NCBI GenBank assembly: GCA_030647555.1
Contig: JAUSJG010000024.1
Span: forward strand, 3,878-67,877
Direction: 5' to 3'
Source: a bacterium
Lineage (GTDB): Bacteria; Patescibacteriota; Andersenbacteria; UBA10190; CAIZMI01
DNA length: 64,000 bases
Shown here: positions 38,224 through 47,139 of the stretch, piece after piece
Layout of the letters: each line of letters opens with the position of its first letter
Position numbering within the stretch: the first letter of the stretch is position 1
The notes under the pieces: model-generated
What the model was told of the DNA's origin: nothing
Seen by the model: only the letters and a program-made list of their open reading frames with translations
Database searches by the model: none
Position numbers and translations under genes: made by a program

Positions 38224-38787
38224 TTAAGCTGTTTTTTCTTTTTCTCTAAACCCGTACCAACCGGCTACCAATACCAACACAAACAAGGCAATCACCGTCA
38301 CCAGCCGCATCAGTTCCGCCGAAAGCATCCAAAGTTGGGTAATAGAAATGAAGAAAGAGACAATTCCACCCAAAACCAGCCCAACTGGAAGCACTCTTAT
38401 TTGGCGCATAAAAGCACTGGATGCGACGGCCAAAGCGCCACCAATCGCAAAAACAAACAGTGAGACTTGTGTACTCTTTTCCGATTGAATATCCCGTGCT
38501 CGTTCAAAACTAAGCGGCCCCTGACAATAAGGTTGTGGTTTTTCGTTTGGCGCGACCGGCATGGCATTCTTCCCGCCAACGTCCTGCGAAACCGTCACCC
38601 AACGACCACCAGCCACAGAACACTTTTCCTGTGTACTGATATCCGGATAAGGTTCATTCACTGGTGATGGCGGAGGCGCGATTTGCGTCGCGATACTCCG
38701 CAGTACCAGCAAAAATAATAACCCTACGGCGACGGCATAAGCGCCACCCAAGAAACCCCCGCCTATTTTCTTAATATTGGTATCCAT
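38224..38787 (-). CDS. hypothetical integral membrane protein
   Basis: Start taken at MDTNIKK. Several hydrophobic helices. No family recognised. Confidence 0.45.
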   Translation of the reverse strand: MDTNIKKIGGGFLGGAYAVAVGLLFLLVLRSIATQIAPPPSPVNEPYPDISTQEKCSVAGGRWVTVSQDVGGKNAMPVAPNEKPQPYCQGPLSFERARDIQSEKSTQVSLFVFAIGGALAVASSAFMRQIRVLPVGLVLGGIVSFFISITQLWMLSAELMRLVTVIALFVLVLVAGWYGFREKEKTA

Positions 38788-38880
38788 GGGGTAGATTATA
38801 CACCCCATTTCAAATAATATTCTATGTCGACAACGGCAGGGTTGTAACACTAAATTAGCTCCAAAATTTTCAATGATCAA

Positions 38881-38993
38881 TTCCCAATTTTCAATTAATT
38901 ATCAATGACTCAATTATCAATTACGACGTCGTTGTTTGATAATTTAAGAATTGATCATTAATTGATAATTGGTCATTGAAAATTGATAATTTT
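38881..38993. promoter_or_regulatory. ~110-bp imperfect dyad built from AATTATCAAT(g/t) boxes (x2) and AATTGATAATT boxes (x3) around a central ACGACGTCGT
   Basis: Intergenic between two minus-strand genes. Repeated TTATCAA/TTGATAA units occur in inverted arrangement. Confidence 0.4.
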
Positions 38994-39695
38994 TCAGTCT
39001 ATCACCAATTTATGTCCATGTTCCCTTAGCCACTGTCTCTGTTTCCTGAAACTCGGTTCCATCTTTTCCACAAATTTCCAAAATCTTTTTGAGTGGTTGT
39101 GATGTTCCAAATGCGCCAACTCGTGCACAACCACATATGCCACCACTTCTTCCGGTGCCATTATCAACCGCCAAGAAAAACTCAAGTGGCCACGATTGGT
39201 ACAAGACCCCCAACGCGTTCTTGCACCACTAAACCGAAGTTTTTTAAACGTTAGAGTATTATCTTCCGCGAATCGATTCACTATCGGTGTAATCACCGCT
39301 TTCGCTCTTTCGATATACCAGCGTGTAAAAATAGCCGGCGCACGGTGCCTTTGCAAAGCGGAAAGCTCAAAATAATCCGTTAAAACAAGGGGCGGTCTTT
39401 TTCTTGTTACCAACAGCAGGCCATAATTCTTACCCAGATATAAAAAATTCTCACCGGCCAAAAATTGTCGCTTCGGTTTTTCCGCGACGCGCTTTTTAAT
39501 AATTGCTTGTTTCTTCTTGATCCATCCCTTTTTCTCACTAACGAATTTAGCGATTTTTCGTTCCGAAAAAAGATAAGGCGCACGAATAACCACCTTGCCC
39601 TCTCTTGTAATCTCCAAAGACATCGTCCGCCGATGCGAGCGAATCACCTTGATACCCAAAAGCGCTACTGCCGGTTCTTTTTTCCCGAATAACAT
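38994..39695 (-). CDS. DUF45/YgjP-family predicted metal-dependent hydrolase (SprT/WLM-like, HExxH)
   Basis: TRWGSCT...HLSFSWRL and HELAHLEHHNHS motifs. Confidence 0.7.
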   Translation of the reverse strand: MLFGKKEPAVALLGIKVIRSHRRTMSLEITREGKVVIRAPYLFSERKIAKFVSEKKGWIKKKQAIIKKRVAEKPKRQFLAGENFLYLGKNYGLLLVTRKRPPLVLTDYFELSALQRHRAPAIFTRWYIERAKAVITPIVNRFAEDNTLTFKKLRFSGARTRWGSCTNRGHLSFSWRLIMAPEEVVAYVVVHELAHLEHHNHSKRFWKFVEKMEPSFRKQRQWLREHGHKLVID

Positions 39696-39720
39696 AAAAA
39701 CCAGTATAGCGCATTACGCA

Positions 39721-39753
39721 TTAAGGTCCGACCTCTTAGAGGTCGGACCTTAA
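39721..39753. repeat. perfect 15-bp-stem hairpin TTAAGGTCCGACCTC-tta-GAGGTCGGACCTTAA (second copy of the 38175..38206 hairpin)
   Basis: Same stem sequence as at 38175..38206. Lies between the Nudix stop and the DUF45 start. Confidence 0.55.
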
Positions 39754-39778
39754 TCGGTCAACAGAAACAGAAACTGTA

Positions 39779-40210
39779 TCAATTGCCATTTTTGATAAAT
39801 TTCAAATACTCCTCAAAGACCTTAATTTCATCATCAATTAAAGCGTAATTTTTATAATCCTCCGGACTAATCCACTGAAAATCATCGTGGTCCGAACTTA
39901 ATTTGACATCGTTATTTTCCGCAAAACACTCAAAAAATATCGCCGTGATTTGCCAATTTTCGCCACGCACAACAGGGCGCCATTCACTCACAAAAAATGG
40001 CCTGCCGATTGTGATCTTTAATCCCGCTTCCTCCATCACTTCTCGCCTTAAACAATCGTCAAAACGTTCGCCCGGATTTATCCGCCCTCCCGGTACACCA
40101 TATTTTTTTACATTTATTCCGTCTTTGTACTCACCGGATTCGCGCACAATCAAGATTTTTCCTTCGTGCACAATAAATCCTTTTGTGGCGGTAAACTGCT
40201 TTATTTCCAT
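39779..40210 (-). CDS. Nudix hydrolase
   Basis: GGRINPGERFDDCLRREVMEEAGL matches GX5EX7REUXEEXGU well. Confidence 0.8.
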   Translation of the reverse strand: MEIKQFTATKGFIVHEGKILIVRESGEYKDGINVKKYGVPGGRINPGERFDDCLRREVMEEAGLKITIGRPFFVSEWRPVVRGENWQITAIFFECFAENNDVKLSSDHDDFQWISPEDYKNYALIDDEIKVFEEYLKFIKNGN

Positions 40211-40255
40211 GTTTTTATATTAGCACCATAAACAAACAAGGAAAATAAACAATCA

Positions 40256-40314
40256 CCCCACTTCGCTCACCCTCCGCATAAAGCTACGGAGTGGCGCAGT
40301 AAAGCTTCGTGGGG
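40256..40314. repeat. 59-bp repeat element copy 1 (CCCCACTTCGCTCACCCTCCGCATAAAGCTACGGAGTGGCGCAGTAAAGCTTCGTGGGG)
   Basis: Second copy at 40700..40758 (~90% identity, direct orientation). A shortened relative lies at 45742..45774. Confidence 0.6.
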
Positions 40315-40364
40315 TTATTTTATTATAGATAATCCTTTGTAAAGGATTATCTATAATAAAATAA
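40315..40364. repeat. 50-bp near-perfect palindrome (23-24 bp arms) TTATTTTATTATAGATAATCCTTT-gt-AAAGGATTATCTATAATAAAATAA
   Basis: Seen directly in the sequence. Confidence 0.7.
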
Positions 40365-40390
40365 AAAACGGGGAGCCTCAAGGGCTCCCC
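40362..40390 (-). terminator. strong rho-independent terminator on minus strand (ggggagcc-tcaag-ggctcccc with A7/T7 tract)
   Basis: 8-bp GC-rich stem. The T-tract is on the minus strand. It sits ~390 bp downstream of the EEP gene stop with no ORF between. Confidence 0.6.
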
Positions 40391-40699
40391 TGTCATATCT
40401 GCGCCTCCTAATGGAAGTTTGTTGTAACAAGAACGCAGTTACGACACCGGTTACTGCCTTTTTTGCAGAAAAATCCGCATAGGGCTGCAACTTCCGGATA
40501 TTGCGGAAGACAACAGCAAACCCAGAGCTAACCAGCGCCGTAAGATAAAGTGACCACCCCCTTTCTACTCAAGAACAAACTCCAGAAAATGCAACAGAAA
40601 ATGCGAGATCTTCATGATGTTCTCCTTTCGTTGAGTAGGGGCTTTGAGGTGAAAAAGTACGAACGCAATTACATTATAATCGGGGACCGTCCCTGTCGT

Positions 40700-40758
40700 C
40701 CACACTTCGCTCACCCTCCGCATAAAGCTACGGCGTGACGCAGTAAAGCTACGAGGGG
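40700..40758. repeat. 59-bp repeat element copy 2, enclosed by a 13-bp inverted repeat (GACCGTCCCTGTC ... GACAGGGTCGGTC)
   Basis: Direct repeat of 40256..40314. Flanking inverted repeats at 40685..40697 and 40762..40774. Confidence 0.6.
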
Positions 40759-40783
40759 CAGGACAGGGTCGGTCACCGATTAT

Positions 40784-41542
40784 TCAAATTTCCAACACCG
40801 CCACTAACGGCACGTGATCCGTCACGTCTTCATTTGTCGAATAATGTTCCAACACTTTGATATTCGGACTGACGTAAATCATATCCACCACCGCACCGGC
40901 AAATCCGGAACCAGCCGGCTTATGACGCATATTAAATGATGTTTTTATTTCACCCTTAAAAATATTTTTTAAATCCTTCTCAAAATTAGCCATCGATTTG
41001 GTATTTTCTTGCGTATTAAAATCTCCACAAAGAATCGTATTTTCCTTGCCCTTATATGCCTCACGAATCGTATCGCTCATTTTTAATCGCCGTTCATTAT
41101 CATCACCGTCGAAACCCCAAATACCTTGCGTGTTAAAAACATTTAACTTTTGTTCTCCCGTATCAATTTCGACATGTTCCAAATTGCGCGGAGAAAACGA
41201 AAAATCGTTCATCTCCGCATAGTTATCGTCATATGGGACATCAAAAAAAATAGCTTCACCTTTTACAATAGGATACTTGGACAAAATAGCATTCCCAAAT
41301 TCCGCCTTCGGCATATCAGGACGCGTTCCCACAAACGCCGGCGCATTGTGACAATATGGAAAATTAAAAATCTTCCGCAACTCTTCCAGTGTTCGATAAT
41401 TGGGCGGTAATTTCTGGTCATCACTTTTCATCACTTCCTGCAATGCCAAGATATCGGGATTCTCTTTGCGGATAAACGCCACCACGTTATCCCATAACTT
41501 TCCACCGTACCAAAGATTGAGACAGACAAGTTTTAGTTGCAT
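40784..41542 (-). CDS. endonuclease/exonuclease/phosphatase (EEP) family protein
   Basis: ILALQEV, ILCGDFN and TDHVPLVAVLEI motifs. Confidence 0.75.
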   Translation of the reverse strand: MQLKLVCLNLWYGGKLWDNVVAFIRKENPDILALQEVMKSDDQKLPPNYRTLEELRKIFNFPYCHNAPAFVGTRPDMPKAEFGNAILSKYPIVKGEAIFFDVPYDDNYAEMNDFSFSPRNLEHVEIDTGEQKLNVFNTQGIWGFDGDDNERRLKMSDTIREAYKGKENTILCGDFNTQENTKSMANFEKDLKNIFKGEIKTSFNMRHKPAGSGFAGAVVDMIYVSPNIKVLEHYSTNEDVTDHVPLVAVLEI

Positions 41543-41551
41543 TGAAATACT

Positions 41552-42358
41552 TTAAGGGTAATCCTTAAAGCCCACTTTCCTTGCTAATATTCCCATAAAA
41601 AGCGGAATTTCTTTCCGACTTTTATTTTCCCTTGATGCCACGCCACCCTCGCTTTTTTTATCCGAAACCCATTCCTCTATTTTCTCAATCACAAACCCGG
41701 CTTCCGCCAAATAACCGCTCAATTCGGAAAGTGAAAAATGCATTGACATAGTTACGGGCGATTTCTCTCCCTGACTGGGATGCGCCGCCACCGGAATTTT
41801 CATCGCGGTCATATAACTGCTCACGCGTCGGTATTGCACGTTTTGTTTTTCGTCGATACCCCAAGCGGATTGGCGCGGAATCCGAAAACAGGGGTGGTTG
41901 ATTACCAACACCAACCGACCGTTTTCTTTAAGATGTTTCATTGCGTTTTCAATCACCACCTGCGGTTTATCCGTGTTTTGCAAAGCCAAAAGGCAAACTG
42001 CCACATCAAAATCCTTTTTGTCCAAAGATAATTCCTTGGCAATATCGGCAACCTTGTATGAATGGTTTTTGGCGGGATCATTTTTCTGTGCAAAGCTAAC
42101 CAGACTACTCGCTAAATCAACACCCAAATAATCAACTTTAGCGTCAATGAATCGTCCAAAAACACCCTGCCCGCAACCCAAATCCAAAACGGAACTATAA
42201 GGCTGAACACTCAAGAGCCGTGTAACACCGGGCAAAACAACGTGCTGGTGATAGTAGGAACCGCGTTCGCCAACAACATCTTTATACCATCCCGCCACTC
42301 CTTGCCAAGAGGTGTCTTTTGTGTAATTATTTTTTCTTCCTTGATTCGGCATTATCAA
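41552..42358 (-). CDS. class I SAM-dependent methyltransferase
   Basis: VLDLGCGQGVFG motif I; 268 aa. Confidence 0.75.
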   Translation of the reverse strand: MIMPNQGRKNNYTKDTSWQGVAGWYKDVVGERGSYYHQHVVLPGVTRLLSVQPYSSVLDLGCGQGVFGRFIDAKVDYLGVDLASSLVSFAQKNDPAKNHSYKVADIAKELSLDKKDFDVAVCLLALQNTDKPQVVIENAMKHLKENGRLVLVINHPCFRIPRQSAWGIDEKQNVQYRRVSSYMTAMKIPVAAHPSQGEKSPVTMSMHFSLSELSGYLAEAGFVIEKIEEWVSDKKSEGGVASRENKSRKEIPLFMGILARKVGFKDYP

Positions 42359-42464
42359 CTAACATATCACAGAATTAAGAATTTTTGTCAGATATCTTCC
42401 GTAAATTTACTGAACGTTTCATTAATATGACAACCTAGTCATGTTAATGAAACGAAAAATACAT

Positions 42465-43823
42465 TTATTTTTTTAATGCTCCTTGATTTTGCAACCACTT
42501 GGCCAAATATCCCTCCGCGGCCAATTCTGCCACCCATTCTTCCCTGCCGGGATATTTATCTTCGTTTTTGTATAAATACGTTCGACCGTCTTTTGATCTA
42601 AGTTGCATTGTCTTTACCGCATTTGCGTGGAGATTCGCCCAATAGTCCCCCTTTTTTGTCGCCGAGTAGTCAAAGCCAAACACATCTGCCTCGATATCCA
42701 ATGTGGCAAAATTCATTCTTCTCGCCGTACCCAAAACCGTGCCACGCGGATAATTTATTTTTGATTGTCCGTTAACATAAATATTTGAATTAAAAAATTT
42801 ACCATCAGATAAGGCTTTATAAATAATATCCGCGTTATAAGTTGCAGTTTTGGGAACAGGCAATCCGGCCAAAGCATATGTCATCGCCGCTTGAATATTT
42901 AATGAAACAGTCGTCATATAGTCGGGGTGCAATCGACCCCGATTAATCAACGTTCCATCATTAATAAGATTAGATCCTTTCAACCACTGCGACAACGTTT
43001 TCCCATCTACAATTTCTCGACTTGTTATATCCAATGGACGCGCAAACGAAGAAATCATCAGTTGCAACATCTTTATCCGCCAAATTTGATTGTTTGGATG
43101 GTTAGGCATCATCGCCGTCGCCAGTTGCAAAATAGTACTATTCCAAGCATTTTCTTCCGCCTTGGTATCGCCAGGATAATTAATTTTCCCGTTTGGATCG
43201 CGGTAGTAAGGGGGCGGATACGTATTAAATCTGTTCGCTTCATAAATCACCATATTCTGAATATATTTTCTTTCTTGAAGCGACAAATCGTCCCATATCA
43301 ACCACCCGGCCTGACCGGCTCGACTCGCCCACAACGCACTCTGCCAGGCGTTACCCCAACCATCCTTTGTTGTGACCTTATGATGAAACGCCAAAGAAAC
43401 GACCATTTTTTTAAGCCTTTGTTCAGCGGTGGATTTTTCTACTCCGGTAATTTTGCTGTCATAAGCCTTAGTTTTTAACGAAACCGCTAAAGCAAAAGCT
43501 TCATCGGCAACAGGACGAATGTTATTTTCCTCATTACCAAAAAAATTGAGGTACGCCTCTTTTTGTGTCGCGTAGCCTCGCTTCTGCCACCACGTAGTAA
43601 GAGCATATTTGTTAGCATTATTGAGAATATCCCGAAACAATGATCCTTGTTGATCTTGCGGACGCTGATTACTAAACCTATCCCAATTAATGGGAACCAC
43701 CGCGGTGCTCGATGCCAGTGCGACTAATGGTAATTGGCCGAACAAAACAATCAACGCTAAGATGACCGCAAGATGTCTACCTGCTCGACAAAATATTCTA
43801 CACAGCTTTCCTTCAAACAACAT
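42465..43823 (-). CDS. secreted hypothetical protein, possibly a polysaccharide lyase partner of the GH88 gene
   Basis: Signal peptide. Divergently adjacent to a GH88 gene. The lyase assignment is inference only. Confidence 0.35.
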   Translation of the reverse strand: MLFEGKLCRIFCRAGRHLAVILALIVLFGQLPLVALASSTAVVPINWDRFSNQRPQDQQGSLFRDILNNANKYALTTWWQKRGYATQKEAYLNFFGNEENNIRPVADEAFALAVSLKTKAYDSKITGVEKSTAEQRLKKMVVSLAFHHKVTTKDGWGNAWQSALWASRAGQAGWLIWDDLSLQERKYIQNMVIYEANRFNTYPPPYYRDPNGKINYPGDTKAEENAWNSTILQLATAMMPNHPNNQIWRIKMLQLMISSFARPLDITSREIVDGKTLSQWLKGSNLINDGTLINRGRLHPDYMTTVSLNIQAAMTYALAGLPVPKTATYNADIIYKALSDGKFFNSNIYVNGQSKINYPRGTVLGTARRMNFATLDIEADVFGFDYSATKKGDYWANLHANAVKTMQLRSKDGRTYLYKNEDKYPGREEWVAELAAEGYLAKWLQNQGALKK

Positions 43824-45011
43824 GTTGGCAATTATAAACTAATCTTGATTATTTTTCTTGTTTTCGGATTGATATCACCTTTTTGCGCGGACGCGATAAC
43901 TCCGAACATTCTGACAAAAAATGAAATCATAAAAACATTCGAAACAATAAAGAAACAAGTAGCCGGTTCACTCAAAGTTATTCCCCGCAATCGTTTTCCG
44001 ATACAAACTGACACTAACGGAAAATGGCAAACTACTACCGCCAGCGGTTGGACCAGTGGCTTTTACCCGGGAATTTTGTGGTTACTTTATGAACAATCGG
44101 GAAATAAATTATACGCAAAAGAAGCCCGCCTTCGCGAAACTTTTATAACATCACAACAATTCAATACCGTCACACACGATGTGGGTTTTATGATTTTTAA
44201 TAGTTTTGGTAATGCCTATCGCATATCAAAAAATAGTAGTGACAAAAAAATTGTCCTGCGAACCGCCCAATCTCTTGCCACAAGATACAACCCAAAAGTG
44301 GGACTGATAAAATCCTGGGATGGTGATCAAAAATCCTACCAAGTAATTATCGACAACCTTATGAACCTGGAATTACTTTTTTGGGCGTCTAAAAATGGTG
44401 GCGATCCAAAACTAATGGAAATAGCGAAAACTCACGCTAAAAATACCGCACGGGATTTTGTCAGAAAAGATGGAAGCACCTTTCACCTGGTAAACTACAA
44501 TCCCGCCAACGCCAAGATTCTTAGTCGCACCACAGCTCAAGGTTACGCCCCAACTTCAACATGGGCACGGGGTCAAGCTTGGGCAATTTATGGGTTTACG
44601 ATCGCTTACCGTGAAACAGGCGATAAATATTTTTTGACCACCGCTAGAAAAACGGCGGATTTTTACATAAATAACTTACCGGCAGATTTTGTCCCCTACT
44701 GGGATTTTAGCGTTCCAAACAAAATGAAAGAACCGCGCGATAGTTCGGCGGCCGCGATCGCCACATCCGGACTATTAGAATTGGCCAAGCTGGAGATCAA
44801 TCCGGTGAGGAGTGTCGCTTATCGTAACACCGCCGGCAGTACGCTTGCTTCACTATCTTCCAATAACTACCTCAACCAAAACATAAAACAAGATGGTATT
44901 TTGTTACACGGAACATACAATAAAAAAGACGGCAATTTCGACCGTGGGACTGTTTGGGGCGACTACTACTTTATTGAAGCGCTGTTGAAATACCGAGCAT
45001 TGACCAAATAA
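43773..45011 (+). CDS. glycoside hydrolase family 88/105 (unsaturated glucuronyl/rhamnogalacturonyl hydrolase)
   Basis: WARGQAWAIYGF and DDxxWxxxD-like motifs. Start uncertain; it overlaps the divergent neighbour by ~50 bp. Confidence 0.7.
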   Translation: MSTCSTKYSTQLSFKQHVGNYKLILIIFLVFGLISPFCADAITPNILTKNEIIKTFETIKKQVAGSLKVIPRNRFPIQTDTNGKWQTTTASGWTSGFYPGILWLLYEQSGNKLYAKEARLRETFITSQQFNTVTHDVGFMIFNSFGNAYRISKNSSDKKIVLRTAQSLATRYNPKVGLIKSWDGDQKSYQVIIDNLMNLELLFWASKNGGDPKLMEIAKTHAKNTARDFVRKDGSTFHLVNYNPANAKILSRTTAQGYAPTSTWARGQAWAIYGFTIAYRETGDKYFLTTARKTADFYINNLPADFVPYWDFSVPNKMKEPRDSSAAAIATSGLLELAKLEINPVRSVAYRNTAGSTLASLSSNNYLNQNIKQDGILLHGTYNKKDGNFDRGTVWGDYYFIEALLKYRALTK

Positions 45012-45092
45012 TCGGCTTATAGTAGAGTATAAGTCTCGTTAAGGGTGTTTTTGTGCTGTTGAGTTGTTCTTTTTCAAATCGGAGAGTATGCG

Positions 45093-45359
45093 ATGCTTTG
45101 GAAAACTGGAAAAATAGTTTTTGCCTCTCTTAGTATTTTGACAGTAATTACTGCACTTACCGCGTCTTTCTGTGTCCTTAAACCGGCTTCGTTTCTGGGG
45201 TACGGGACATGCGTGGCCTGCGGATCTGTTTTAGCCGTCCCCTTTCTTTGCTTATTCGCCAACGGTTTTCTTTACTGCAAAAAAAGGCTCGAGAAACCAA
45301 TGGCGTCTTTGAAAATTCGCCGCAACAAACGAGACGACATCTCTCTCGATGCTATCTAG
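45093..45359 (+). CDS. small membrane protein
   Basis: 88 aa with two hydrophobic helices and Cys pairs. Confidence 0.4.
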   Translation: MLWKTGKIVFASLSILTVITALTASFCVLKPASFLGYGTCVACGSVLAVPFLCLFANGFLYCKKRLEKPMASLKIRRNKRDDISLDAI

Positions 45360-45363
45360 TTAA

Positions 45364-45392
45364 CCCGCCCGCCCGTCACCCGCGGGTTTTTT
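45364..45392 (+). terminator. GC-stem hairpin + T6 terminator
   Basis: cccg...cggg stem followed by tttttt directly after the stop at 45359. Confidence 0.55.
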
Positions 45393-45442
45393 ATATTATA
45401 TTAGGGAGTATCCCGCGAAGGGATACTCCCTAATATAATATA
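45392..45442. repeat. 51-bp perfect palindrome (23-bp arms, loop gcgaa): TATATTATATTAGGGAGTATCCC-gcgaa-GGGATACTCCCTAATATAATATA
   Basis: Seen directly in the sequence. Confidence 0.75.
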
Positions 45443-45477
45443 TCCCCCAAAGCTTTAGCGACGGGGGATGTTTCTCT

Positions 45478-45669
45478 TTACTGCCCAACCAGCATCTCCT
45501 CGATCTTCTCGGAGATTTTGTTCTGCGCTTTATCATCAAGAGCGTTCATTTGATCACCGTGATCACCCAAGAAATGATCAATCATCAACTGACGAATCCC
45601 GTCGGCAGTTTCGTCTTTGGCCGAAAACGGACACTCCCACCCGCTGACATCTTTGCAATTTATTTCCAT
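45478..45669 (-). CDS. DUF1059-like small protein
   Basis: MEINCKDVSGWECPFSA...DHFLGDHG resembles the DUF1059 pattern (CxDxG.xC.F.A....EE). Confidence 0.5.
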   Translation of the reverse strand: MEINCKDVSGWECPFSAKDETADGIRQLMIDHFLGDHGDQMNALDDKAQNKISEKIEEMLVGQ

Positions 45670-45741
45670 AATGGTTGTTTATTAACAATTTAACCACTTT
45701 TATATTAGCGCAAGTTTCAAAATGTTTAAAGAATCAAATAT

Positions 45742-45826
45742 CCCACTTCGCTCCGCGTTGCGGAGCTTCGCGGGATTGTTTTCTTTTGTAAAAGAAAACA
45801 AAAAAAACCGCCCTTGAGGAGCGGCT
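45742..45826 (-). terminator. composite terminator/repeat module: CCCACTTCGCTCCGC-gtt-GCGGAGCTTCGCGGG hairpin + GTTTTCTTTT-gta-AAAGAAAAC hairpin + A9 + ccgcccttgaggagcgg hairpin
   Basis: Lies downstream of the 45831..46370 gene. The GATTGTTTTCTTTTnnnAAAGAAAACAAAAAAA core recurs at 47056..47090. Confidence 0.5.
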
Positions 45827-45830
45827 GGAT

Positions 45831-46370
45831 TCACGAACGACACTTCGTGAAAATGTGTTGAATGGTATTCGTTGGTATTACCCATACTAGTTGCATAGGC
45901 TGAACCGACATTGAATGGTAATTCAACTCATGCACATCAAGTTGCCATTTCAAGGAAAGCGTCTGAAAATGCGCCAGCTTTGTGATATTGTCTGCTCCTT
46001 GTTCCAGAAGATCCCCTTTCTCCAGGTGCGGGATTGACAGACCCCAATTACACTCACTGACACGCTCTTCAATTGTCCGACGCGCCGCCTCGATTGTGTC
46101 GGCACAAAATTCTTCAAACGCGATATCCGCCGTTGCAACTTGTGTCTGCAAATTACGCGGAATGTTCTCACGACCCAGCCGGTTGGCAAATTCAATCCGT
46201 TCATTTCCTGAAAAACCGGAAAGAATCAACTGCGGTCTGTCGCTCCACAATTCACCCACTGAAAGAACCACGCCTTGCGGCCTAATCCCAAACAACGGCT
46301 GCAGGTATTGTTGCAATCGATCAACGTTCATTGTTCTACCTCCAAAAAGAAAAGGACATTTCGACGCCAA
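45831..46370 (-). CDS. hypothetical protein (GC-rich; possible true start at MNVDRL, 46331)
   Basis: Long ORF with GC-rich codon usage unlike its neighbours. No family recognised. Confidence 0.4.
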   Translation of the reverse strand: MASKCPFLFGGRTMNVDRLQQYLQPLFGIRPQGVVLSVGELWSDRPQLILSGFSGNERIEFANRLGRENIPRNLQTQVATADIAFEEFCADTIEAARRTIEERVSECNWGLSIPHLEKGDLLEQGADNITKLAHFQTLSLKWQLDVHELNYHSMSVQPMQLVWVIPTNTIQHIFTKCRS

Positions 46371-46478
46371 AATACATTAACATTAAATATATAAAAGTCA
46401 AGCCCGGAAACACAAAATCGTCTCATCATTCATAAATCATTATTCATCATTCAAACTATAAAAATTACCGCACTATCA

Positions 46479-46913
46479 ATGACAGCTGAATTTGATATAA
46501 TCACTATATTATTTATAAACAACACTCTCATGGGCTTCGTAACCAACATCGAAAAAGAGACTTTGGAAAACGAGAATTTCCGTAAAGTTTTATTTACCGC
46601 AAAACACAGCCAATTGGTCGTGATGCATCTGCAACCAGGCGAAGAAATCGGCGAAGAAACGCACACCCTCGACCAATTTATTCGCGTCGAAATGGGAAAT
46701 GGTAAAACAATTATGGACGGCACAGAAACCAATATTATGGATGGTAGCGCATTTGTGATTCCGGCCGGCACAAAACACAACGTAATCAATACATCGCAAA
46801 CCGAACCGATGAAAGTTTACACAATTTATTCCCCACCGGAACACCGCGACGGCACAATTCATAAAACAAAAGCGGACGCAGTGGCCGACGAAGGCGACCA
46901 CTATAACGGGTAA
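46479..46913 (+). CDS. cupin-domain protein (likely start at internal MGFVTN)
   Basis: Cupin_2-like HxH...E...H pattern (EETHTLDQF...GTKHNVIN). Confidence 0.55.
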   Translation: MTAEFDIITILFINNTLMGFVTNIEKETLENENFRKVLFTAKHSQLVVMHLQPGEEIGEETHTLDQFIRVEMGNGKTIMDGTETNIMDGSAFVIPAGTKHNVINTSQTEPMKVYTIYSPPEHRDGTIHKTKADAVADEGDHYNG

Positions 46914-47083
46914 GTTTTAGAAAAGAAAAAATTAATTTAAACAATCAACAGCCCAACCACTCCCGCCAACAAAACATAAATCACGCAATACGGAAATACA
47001 ATTTTTATTACTTGATGCTCTCTGTTTTTCAAACGCCCTGTTGGGCGGGCTATGGGGGATTGTTTTCTTTTACGAAAGAAAAC

Positions 47084-47112
47084 AAAAAAAGAGTACGAAC
47101 GAATTCGTACTC
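47084..47112 (-). terminator. rho-independent terminator of the nadE-containing operon (gagtacgaa-cgaa-ttcgtactc + T7 on minus strand), followed by a GTTTTCTTT...AAAGAAAAC hairpin
   Basis: 9-bp perfect stem with the T-tract on the minus strand, immediately 3' of the nadE stop. Confidence 0.65.
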
Positions 47113-47139
47113 CTGCCAAAGAACAACCTTGGTTCACTC

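Noticed and set aside
38881-38993. Chromosomal replication origin
   Set aside because: TTATCAA boxes only loosely resemble the DnaA box TTATCCACA, and no dnaA/dnaN genes are nearby. More likely a regulator binding array.
40550-40738. 62-aa + ORF in the repeat-rich intergenic region
   Set aside because: No RBS. It runs into the 59-bp repeat copy, so is likely non-coding.
40391-40783. tmRNA / RNase P RNA / SRP RNA in the long non-coding stretch
   Set aside because: No T-arm GGTTCGAnTCC, no RNase P P4 (AGTCCGG / ACAGAA) and no SRP GAAGGAAGCAGC motifs were found on either strand. An unannotated sRNA remains possible but unidentified.
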